A DNA stretch of 63,200 bases from Bacteroidales bacterium (GTDB lineage Bacteria; Bacteroidota; Bacteroidia; Bacteroidales; VadinHA17). The stretch is from contig SLNP01000009.1 of the NCBI GenBank assembly GCA_007132995.1, positions 1 to 63,200 on the forward strand. The letters are read 5' to 3'. The translations under genes and the position numbers were made by a program. How positions within the stretch are numbered: position 1 is the stretch's first letter; every line of letters begins with the position of its first letter. This document shows positions 1-7,830 of the stretch, one piece after another. The notes under the pieces were generated by a model that saw nothing but the letters and a program-made list of their open reading frames with translations, searched no databases and was not told the origin of the DNA.

Positions 1-111
1 ATCAACACACTTATGGGCTGGGAGATTGAGCTGGAAAGAGGAGGCAGTGAGCGACGACCTGCAGCGGTAACAGCCTTCAGATCAGGACTCATAACGATAG
101 ATCGCAAATAA
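1..111 (+). CDS. 3' end of a gene truncated by the window edge (hypothetical)
   Basis: Frame 1 is open from base 1 (INTLMGWEIELERGG...ITIDRK) to TAA at 109-111. Confidence 0.6.
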   Translation: MNTLMGWEIELERGGSERRPAAVTAFRSGLITIDRK

Positions 112-124
112 AATCGAGCCGGCC

Positions 125-152
125 TGTAACTTTTCCATACCACCCTTCGTCT
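125..152 (+). promoter_or_regulatory. Candidate ECF-sigma promoter
   Basis: TGTAAC (125-130), 17 nt, CGTC (148-151); resembles the ECF -35 AAC / -10 CGT consensus, ~40 nt upstream of the ORF at 192. Confidence 0.4.
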
Positions 153-191
153 CACATCAAAAAGAGGTTTAATCTAACTAAGATCGAAAAA

Positions 192-1121
192 ATGCGAAAA
201 GCAGCAGCTATCACAATTGTGGCCACCATAATCTGCACAGCAGCAATGTCACAGGAGAGGGTTGACACACTCGGTAACAGAGAGAAGTCATCTTCCGGGC
301 CAAAAGGAATAATCTATTACAGTTCATCAGAAGAGGGTAAAAAAATTGTAGCCGGCGGCATCGATCTGCTTGAGATACTGGAGACGGGCAGCTGCAGGGC
401 CCTGCAGCCTGCCCGTAATGTACAGAAGAGTATAACCATAGGGGGCTCTTCCCTCTCCGGTTCAACAACAATGCGGGTGCGGCCCCGAACAAGGTTCTCA
501 GGCAACTGGAGCGGCCTTGAGCTGGGGTATAACGGATATCTCATGCCCGACGGAAGTCTCGACATAACCGGCGAGGCAGAGTTTATGAGACTTAACGAGG
601 GGAAGTCCGTAAACTTCAACCTCAACTTTTGCCAGATAGATATCGGAATAACGCGCCACTTAGGATTTGTAACCGGCATGGGACTTCACTTCAGCAACTA
701 CCGGTTTGCGGGCAACAACAACATAACAGTCAGTGATGAGGGTAATATAGTGCCCTCATACCCGTCAGACGATATCAATTATGAAAAGACGAAGCTTGTA
801 ACAAAATATCTTACAGCGCCTCTCTTTCTTGAGCTTCAGATACCAACCTCGTCACGCCGCAGGGTCAATGTGGCAGCCGGTGTTGTTGGCGGGCTTAAGG
901 TAGGAGACCACACCAAGGTTGTATACCGTCAGAACGGCAGGCAGAAGCTTAAGGATCGTGGCGACTTCAATCTCAACAGGTTCCGTTACGGGTATACCAT
1001 AAGGGCAGGCTACGGATCTCTGCAGCTGTACGGCACAAGATATGAGACTCCCCTTTTCAGGGAGAACAGGGGCCCGGAGCTATACCCTTATGAGGCAGGC
1101 ATTTCGTGGACCATTTTTTAA
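192..1121 (+). CDS. Outer membrane beta-barrel protein (PorT/OMP_b-brl_2-like)
   Basis: Signal peptide, alternating amphipathic strands (YLTAPLFLELQIP, YGYTIRAGYG), C-terminal aromatic residue. Confidence 0.75.
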   Translation: MRKAAAITIVATIICTAAMSQERVDTLGNREKSSSGPKGIIYYSSSEEGKKIVAGGIDLLEILETGSCRALQPARNVQKSITIGGSSLSGSTTMRVRPRTRFSGNWSGLELGYNGYLMPDGSLDITGEAEFMRLNEGKSVNFNLNFCQIDIGITRHLGFVTGMGLHFSNYRFAGNNNITVSDEGNIVPSYPSDDINYEKTKLVTKYLTAPLFLELQIPTSSRRRVNVAAGVVGGLKVGDHTKVVYRQNGRQKLKDRGDFNLNRFRYGYTIRAGYGSLQLYGTRYETPLFRENRGPELYPYEAGISWTIF

Positions 1122-1147
1122 ACCATGTTATCGATACCGTAACAGGC

Positions 1148-1174
1148 AAGGCACCGTATGATGGTGCCTTTTTT
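1148..1174 (+). terminator. Intrinsic terminator
   Basis: AAGGCACC-gtatgat-GGTGCCTT followed by a T run; TATCTTTG (Bacteroidota -7 motif) follows at 1177-1184. Confidence 0.7.
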
Positions 1175-1210
1175 GTTATCTTTGTATTGCAACCAATCGC
1201 TAAAGAGAGC

Positions 1211-1933
1211 ATGGCACAAATATTAAGCGACAAAGAATTGCGAAGATATTCCCGTCAGATAATGCTTGAGGATGTCGGTGTAGAGGGACAGGAGGCGCTG
1301 AAAGCAGCCTCTGTTCTGGTTGTGGGCGCCGGAGGTCTCGGCTGCCCGGCACTGCAGTATCTCACCGCAGCCGGAATAGGCACCATAGGCATAGTTGAAT
1401 TCGATATGGTGAATGAATCGAACATTCACAGACAGATACTCTATGGCGCAAACGATATTGGCAAGCTGAAGTCGATAATTGCCAAAAGTATTCTTCGGAA
1501 CCGGAACGATAAGGTAAACATAGAGATCTTCAACCTGCGGCTTACCGGGGAAAATGCGGCCAAAATATTTGCACCCTACGACATTGTTCTCGACGCAACA
1601 GATAACTATGAAACCCGTTATGTAATTGATGATGCCTGTAGCGAGTCGGGGAAGCCGATGGTTCATGGAGCAATCTATAAGCATGAGGCACAGGTCTCTG
1701 TCTTCAACTACAACGGGGGGCCTTCCTACAGAGGCTATAACCCCCCGGAGGGTGCAAAGAGGGACAATCCCGATCCGTCTCAATTAGGGCTTTTCGGAGT
1801 GCTGCCCGGAATAGCAGGTGTGATGATGGCAAGCGAGGCCCTGAAAATTGTAGTAAAAGCCGGTGACATTCTGTCGGGAAGGGTTCTTATATTCGATCTG
1901 ATGACCAACAGATACTACACCATAGATATCTGA
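1211..1933 (+). CDS. moeB: HesA/MoeB/ThiF family adenylyltransferase
   Basis: RYSRQI, VVGAGGLG, SNIHRQ and DATDN motifs; start moved to ATG 1211. Confidence 0.85.
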   Translation: MAQILSDKELRRYSRQIMLEDVGVEGQEALKAASVLVVGAGGLGCPALQYLTAAGIGTIGIVEFDMVNESNIHRQILYGANDIGKLKSIIAKSILRNRNDKVNIEIFNLRLTGENAAKIFAPYDIVLDATDNYETRYVIDDACSESGKPMVHGAIYKHEAQVSVFNYNGGPSYRGYNPPEGAKRDNPDPSQLGLFGVLPGIAGVMMASEALKIVVKAGDILSGRVLIFDLMTNRYYTIDI

Positions 1934-1979
1934 CAGGAATAAGTTAACTATAATGTTTTCAGCAACAGGAGAGATAATT

Positions 1980-2705
1980 ATGAGACTACTGCTAATTAGC
2001 AATTCAACCAACGCCGGAGAGGAGTATCTGGGCCATCCCAAAGAGAATATCCGGGAGTTTCTGGGCAAAGAGAGGGTCAAGGCGCTCTTTATTCCCTATG
2101 CCGGAGTAACCATCTCATTCGATGATTATGAGAAGAGGGTTAGCGAGCGATTCAGGGAGATAGGGCATGAGATAACCTCAATACATCACTCCAGCGACCC
2201 TGTGACCGCGGTGAGGGAGGCAGAAGCCATAGTTGTTGGCGGTGGCAACACATGGCAACTGCTCAGGATGACGCAAGATAATGGACTTATTGATCATGTA
2301 AGGGAGAAGGTGCTCTCGGGAACACCATACATAGGGTGGAGTGCGGGCGCCAATATGGCCTGCCCGACCATCAAGACCACAAACGATATGGCCATTACAG
2401 AGCCCGGCTCGTTTGAGGCTTTCGGTCTGGTGCCGTTCCAGATCAATCCTCACTACCTCGATTCAAATCCGGAAGGCCATGCAGGAGAGACCCGCGAACA
2501 GAGAATCAACGAATTTACCGTTGTAAACCGCGGCATCTATGTTGTAGGGCTCAGGGAAGGAACCATGCTGATTGCAGAAGGGGGGAAGATGAGACTTGCC
2601 GGCCCCAAAAACGCACGACTCTTCTTCGGAAGCAGCCGACCGGTTGAGGCCGGTAGCGGTGACGACCTCTCATTTCTGCTCAGAGAGGAGCAGTGGAGGG
2701 TATAG
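1980..2705 (+). CDS. pepE: Dipeptidase E (peptidase S51)
   Basis: LLLISNS, GGGNT, GWSAG, QINPHY, GHAGETRE motifs. Confidence 0.95.
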   Translation: MRLLLISNSTNAGEEYLGHPKENIREFLGKERVKALFIPYAGVTISFDDYEKRVSERFREIGHEITSIHHSSDPVTAVREAEAIVVGGGNTWQLLRMTQDNGLIDHVREKVLSGTPYIGWSAGANMACPTIKTTNDMAITEPGSFEAFGLVPFQINPHYLDSNPEGHAGETREQRINEFTVVNRGIYVVGLREGTMLIAEGGKMRLAGPKNARLFFGSSRPVEAGSGDDLSFLLREEQWRV

Positions 2706-2748
2706 AGGCCTCCGCTAATTTGAAGCCACATCATACTTTTTCGGTGTT

Positions 2749-5361
2749 ATGTTCAGACTCATCCGGCAACTTATAAAATACACGCTGCTGGTCATTCTGA
2801 TAGTGACCTCGCTGCTGACAGGTCTCACCCTTGCATACAGGGAGCGGGTTGCGACCCTTTTTATTGAGGAGATTGGCAGCAGAAAAGATATCGACATAGA
2901 GTTGTCGGGAGCCAGGCTCACCCTCTTCAGGCGGTTCCCCCGTGCATCATTTGAGCTTAACGGGGTGGTTGTAAAGCCACTTACAGGCGAAAGCATCAAC
3001 GACACCCTTCTGGTTGCGGAGAGACTTTCTCTCGACTTTAGCCTGACAGATCTGCTGAAGAGAGACTACACCATTGAGCGCATTATCGTTGAAAACGGAG
3101 AGCTCAATATAGTTGTTGACAGCGCCGGAAGGGCCAACTATCCGTCGCTCTCTCCCCTCAGCAGCAGTGAGAGAGATAACTTAAGCATAAACATTCAGCA
3201 GATAAGGCTCAGCAGCGTGGGCATATCTGTGTCAAACAGGGTAAAGAATATTACCGCTGCCGCCGAGATAGAGTCAGCCCGCCTGAGTGGAGAGATTGCC
3301 GGCAGGGAGATAGGTCTGAAGGCAGATGCCGGTTTCAACATCGTCAGCTTGCTCTATGATGGCATTGAGCTGCCCGAGGCTCTCGCAATAGATCTCTCTC
3401 TCGACCTGTTCCGCTCCGACACCACCCTGACACTTAAGAGTGGGAGGATGGTACTGGAAGGGATGAGATTTGATGTCAGCGGCGACCACTCGCTTCTGTC
3501 AGGAGAGACCCATGTTCTTCTGAAGTCGGAAAATGCCGATATAAGGGTTCTGGCCGGATTCCTGCCAGATGACTACAGCTCAGCCCTTCTGAAGTACCGG
3601 CCATCGGGCAAGCTCGATGCAGAAGGAGTCATAAGCGGAGTTTTCAGCCGTACAACACGGCTCAACTACACCTTCGGGTTCAGGGGCCGTGATATCAGAG
3701 TCACCCTGCCCGGCACATCACTCACTCTCTCTGACGGCTCATTCAGTGGCAGATTCAGCAACGGCAGGCTCAACAGCGCACATACCACAGAGCTGCTGTT
3801 AAGCGACATAGATGTGAGAAGCCCCCTCTCGGAGGCTGGTGGCTCACTGCACATTAAGAACTTTACTGATCCTGTTGTCGCTGCAGACATTACGATCGGG
3901 GCCGATGCGCAGGAGCTGCTTTCACTCTTCACCGATCCGCCTGCCACCAACGCTTCAGGAAGGTTACGGGCCTCTGTAAGGGGAGAGGGTCCCCTCCCCT
4001 CGTTCAGCGATTTCAACAGCGATCAGCTGCTTGCGATGGGCCCCTCAGGCAATGTCACCCTGAGCAACTTTGGCTTCACCAGAGAGGGTGCTGAATTCTC
4101 GCAGATCAGCGGAGATCTTATGCTTCTTGAAACTTTGTGGATAGACTCACTTCTGGTAACACTGAACGATCAGCACTTTCTGATAAATGGATCGGCAGAA
4201 AGGTTCGGATCACTGCTTAGGGGAGAGGGTAGAGATGTTACACTTAAGGGGGTGGTAATGGCAGACCACCTTGAGCCCGGGCTGCTGCCCCGCGCCTCAG
4301 GCCGGGGCGAAAGAAGGGAGGGGCGTTTCACACTGCCCGAAAATCTGGAGGCGGACCTGGCCTTTGCAGCGGCCAGCTTCAGACACAGAACCTTCTCAGC
4401 ATCAGATATAACGGCAACAGTGCACTATTCCAACAAGAGGGCAACCCTTTACAACGCATATGTCAGGTCAATGGGAGGCGAGGTGAGCGGAGAGATAGTG
4501 ATGGAGGAGCTGCCTGAAGGGGGTTTCCTCACCGAGTGCCGTCTTGTGCTTGAGAACATAGATATTAACAACGCCTTCACCTCGTTCAACAACTTCTCAC
4601 AAGAGTTTATCGGATCGGACAATCTGAGCGGCATATTGAGTGGAACCTACGGCATGGCGATGAATCTTGACCACGATCTGAGACCCGACCTCCACTCAAT
4701 CAACTCGGAAGGCCACTTTATTATCGCCGATGGCGAGCTGATAGATTTTGAGCCGGTACTGAACCTCTCACGCTTTATAGATATAGCAGAATTACAGCAC
4801 ATTAAATTTTCAAGACTTGAAAACAGGTTCTTTATTAACGGGGGTGTGTTTTCGATACCCCATATGGATATAAGCTCGTCGGCGGCAGATCTTGGTATCA
4901 GCGGCACACACGCCTTTAACGGCGATTACGACTACCGGCTTAGAGTTCTTCTGTCGCAGCTTCTTAGCAGGCAGGCACCCAGGCGAACCCCAAACAACGA
5001 GTTTGGTATAGTTGAAGATGACGGGCTTGGAAGAACATCGGTATATCTGAGAACCCGGCGCGAAGGCGACAACGAGAGTATATCGTGGGATGCTGCTGCC
5101 ACCAGGGCCCATATAGTAGATGATATTCAGCGCGAGCGACAGACCGTCCGTTCAATACTCCGTGAAGAGTATGGCCTCTTCAGCAGCGATACCACAATTC
5201 TGCCCACGGAAGAGGAGGTCAGAAGGCCCCCTGTACGAATAATGTGGGATGAAGCCATTATACCGGGTGGGCCTGCTGACACCATCAGACAGGACACAAC
5301 CCGCAGAGAGAGAAGAGGTAATCCGATAAGAGATCTGTTTAACAGGATAGTAAAAGGGTGA
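2749..5361 (+). CDS. AsmA family protein
   Basis: N-terminal TM anchor, long beta-taco-like repeats, AsmA-like C-terminus (IPHMDISSSAADLGISGTH). Confidence 0.75.
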   Translation: MFRLIRQLIKYTLLVILIVTSLLTGLTLAYRERVATLFIEEIGSRKDIDIELSGARLTLFRRFPRASFELNGVVVKPLTGESINDTLLVAERLSLDFSLTDLLKRDYTIERIIVENGELNIVVDSAGRANYPSLSPLSSSERDNLSINIQQIRLSSVGISVSNRVKNITAAAEIESARLSGEIAGREIGLKADAGFNIVSLLYDGIELPEALAIDLSLDLFRSDTTLTLKSGRMVLEGMRFDVSGDHSLLSGETHVLLKSENADIRVLAGFLPDDYSSALLKYRPSGKLDAEGVISGVFSRTTRLNYTFGFRGRDIRVTLPGTSLTLSDGSFSGRFSNGRLNSAHTTELLLSDIDVRSPLSEAGGSLHIKNFTDPVVAADITIGADAQELLSLFTDPPATNASGRLRASVRGEGPLPSFSDFNSDQLLAMGPSGNVTLSNFGFTREGAEFSQISGDLMLLETLWIDSLLVTLNDQHFLINGSAERFGSLLRGEGRDVTLKGVVMADHLEPGLLPRASGRGERREGRFTLPENLEADLAFAAASFRHRTFSASDITATVHYSNKRATLYNAYVRSMGGEVSGEIVMEELPEGGFLTECRLVLENIDINNAFTSFNNFSQEFIGSDNLSGILSGTYGMAMNLDHDLRPDLHSINSEGHFIIADGELIDFEPVLNLSRFIDIAELQHIKFSRLENRFFINGGVFSIPHMDISSSAADLGISGTHAFNGDYDYRLRVLLSQLLSRQAPRRTPNNEFGIVEDDGLGRTSVYLRTRREGDNESISWDAAATRAHIVDDIQRERQTVRSILREEYGLFSSDTTILPTEEEVRRPPVRIMWDEAIIPGGPADTIRQDTTRRERRGNPIRDLFNRIVKG

Positions 5362-5365
5362 CATT

Positions 5366-6562
5366 TTGAATTTTTACAGAAGAAAACAGCTTATAAAGAG
5401 GGCTCTGGTACTTACAGCCATACTGCTTGCTGTTCTCTCACAGCGCTATACCGCCACTCTGGTTGAGCACCTTAAGCAGGAAGAGCGCCACTATGTTGAA
5501 TTGTGGGCAAGGGCAACCGAGCGACTCATTACCGCAACCGGCCAGGAGGATGGCGAATACGAAATTATCGCCATGGTTCTTGAGAGGAATCAGACCATCC
5601 CCCTCCTTCTTACCGATGGCGATTCGAATATTCTCTCGTCACTAAACTTCCCCCCCGGTAAAGAGGCCGATTCACTCTTTCTCTATACCGAACTGGAAAA
5701 GATAAGAGAGAGGCGTGACCCCATTGAGATAGATCTTGGCGACGGACAGTACAACTACATTTACTATAAAGAGAGCATAATATTGAGGCGAATCCGCTAC
5801 TTCCCGCTGGTTCAGATAGCGGTGGCAATACTATTTGCAGGTGTTGCATATATGGCCTTCAGCACCTCAAAAAGGGCTGAAGAGAACAGGTTATGGGCGG
5901 GCATATCGAAAGAGACAGCTCATCAACTGGGCACACCTGTCTCATCGCTGGCGGCCTGGACAGGACTTATAGGCGAAAGGTATGGTGACAAGAGAGTTAC
6001 CGCAGAGATGGAGAAAGATATTGCCCGGCTTACGAAGATAACAGAGCGCTTTTCACAAATAGGCAGCAGGCCCGATCTGGCGCCTGCCGACATAGCCGGG
6101 CTGATTGAAAGCACGGTCTCATACCTGCGGGCAAGAGTATCATCGAGGGTAGAGATAACCGTTTCCGACCTTCGGGAAAAGATATCTCCCGCCATGGTGA
6201 ACAGCGAGCTTATGGAGTGGGTAACAGAGAACCTTATAAAAAACAGCATTGATGCCATGGGGGGAGAGGGCACCATCTCTATCACCATAAAGAGTGTAGC
6301 CAGAGGTGTGACGATAGATTTCTGTGATACAGGTAAGGGCATTGCAAAAAGAGATTTCAAGGCGGTCTTCAAACCGGGCTACACCACAAGACAGAGAGGC
6401 TGGGGTCTGGGACTCACACTGGCCAAACGGATAGTAGAAGAGTACCACAACGGGAAAATCTTTGTAAAGAGTTCAGAGCCCGGTAGGGGGTGCTGTATGA
6501 GGGTTATTCTCAACAACAGGGCACGTAGGGGGCCTCTTATCAACATAAACAGAGTATTCTGA
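5366..6562 (+). CDS. Membrane sensor histidine kinase
   Basis: Two TM segments, KETAHQLGTP H-box, ENLIKNSIDA N-box, DTGKGI, GWGLGL. Confidence 0.9.
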   Translation: MNFYRRKQLIKRALVLTAILLAVLSQRYTATLVEHLKQEERHYVELWARATERLITATGQEDGEYEIIAMVLERNQTIPLLLTDGDSNILSSLNFPPGKEADSLFLYTELEKIRERRDPIEIDLGDGQYNYIYYKESIILRRIRYFPLVQIAVAILFAGVAYMAFSTSKRAEENRLWAGISKETAHQLGTPVSSLAAWTGLIGERYGDKRVTAEMEKDIARLTKITERFSQIGSRPDLAPADIAGLIESTVSYLRARVSSRVEITVSDLREKISPAMVNSELMEWVTENLIKNSIDAMGGEGTISITIKSVARGVTIDFCDTGKGIAKRDFKAVFKPGYTTRQRGWGLGLTLAKRIVEEYHNGKIFVKSSEPGRGCCMRVILNNRARRGPLININRVF

Positions 6563-6565
6563 CAG

Positions 6566-7819
6566 ATGAGAAGGGAAGATTTTGAAATAATGGCACCCGC
6601 CGGATCGCATGAGGCACTTGTATCGGCCCTCGATGCAGGCGCTGATGCGGTCTATTTCGGTGTAGACAAGCTTAATATGAGAGCCGGGTCAGCAGCCAAT
6701 TTCTCCCTCTCAGATCTTGAGCAGATAGTGAAGCTGGCCCACGGCAAAGGGGTTAAATGTTACCTCACTGCCAACACCGTTATTTATGATCAAGAGGCAG
6801 GTGAGATGAGATTGGTAATTGAGTCTGCCATGCATGCCGGCATAGATGCTGTAATAGCCACCGATATGGCTACAATAGAGTTTGCGCACGGCATCGGTAT
6901 GCCTCTTCATCTCTCAACACAGGTCAACATAACAAATTGTATGGCGGTAGAGTACCACTCCCGCCATGCAGATGTTATGGTATTGGCCAGAGAGCTCACC
7001 CTTAGCCAGATAAAGCATATCAGCGACTATATAGCCAGTAACGACATCAGAGGGCCATCGGGCAAACTGGTCAGGCTGGAAGCCTTTATACACGGAGCAC
7101 TCTGCATGGCCATCTCCGGTAAATGTTACCTCAGCCTCCACGAGCACAACAGGTCGGCAAACAGAGGGCTCTGTTACCAGACCTGCAGGAAGGGCTATAT
7201 TGTTACAGAGAGAGAGAGCGGATACCAGCTGGAGATAGATAATGAGTACATCATGTCGCCCAAAGATCTGTGCACCATAGGTTTCATAGACAAAATAGCA
7301 GAGGCGGGCATAACAATAATGAAAATTGAGGGGAGAGCCAGGCCCGGAGAGTATGTCAAAACTGTTACCAGATGCTACGATGAAGCTCTGCACTCTATTA
7401 TTGACGGAACCTATGGCGAAGAGAAGATTGAGGGATGGCGTAAAAGATTGTCAGCGGTATTCAACAGAGGCTTCTGGGATGGATACTATATGGGGAAGAG
7501 GCTTGGTGAATGGAGCCACCGCTACGGTTCGTCAGCAACCAGAACAAAACGGTATCTGGGCAAGGTTACCAACTACTATACAAAGAAGAGAGTTGCTGAG
7601 ATAACCCTTGAGAACGGAGACCTGCAGCCCGGTGACCGCATATATATAGCGGGTCCTACCACAGGTGTAACCGAGATGGTTGCAGAGGAGGTAAGGGTAG
7701 GCATGGAACCGGTAGAGAAGGCTCACAAAGGCGAGGTCTGCTCTATACCGTCAGAGCTCTTCCTGCGCAGATCTGACAAGGTATATCACATAGTTGAGAC
7801 GGGGCGCGGCGAGGGGTGA
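6566..7819 (+). CDS. Peptidase U32 family protein (TrhP/PrtC-like, probable Fe-S RNA hydroxylation protein)
   Basis: EIMAPAG, GADAVYFG, HGALCMAISGKC, NRGLCYQTCR, KIEGR. Confidence 0.9.
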   Translation: MRREDFEIMAPAGSHEALVSALDAGADAVYFGVDKLNMRAGSAANFSLSDLEQIVKLAHGKGVKCYLTANTVIYDQEAGEMRLVIESAMHAGIDAVIATDMATIEFAHGIGMPLHLSTQVNITNCMAVEYHSRHADVMVLARELTLSQIKHISDYIASNDIRGPSGKLVRLEAFIHGALCMAISGKCYLSLHEHNRSANRGLCYQTCRKGYIVTERESGYQLEIDNEYIMSPKDLCTIGFIDKIAEAGITIMKIEGRARPGEYVKTVTRCYDEALHSIIDGTYGEEKIEGWRKRLSAVFNRGFWDGYYMGKRLGEWSHRYGSSATRTKRYLGKVTNYYTKKRVAEITLENGDLQPGDRIYIAGPTTGVTEMVAEEVRVGMEPVEKAHKGEVCSIPSELFLRRSDKVYHIVETGRGEG

Positions 7820-7830
7820 TCTCAGCTCTT

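Noticed and set aside
1106-1210. N-terminal extensions in the ORF track (also at 10866, 14091, 22888, 44494, 52957, 54248)
   Set aside because: They overlap neighbouring genes, terminators or promoters; family similarity starts at the downstream start codons used above.
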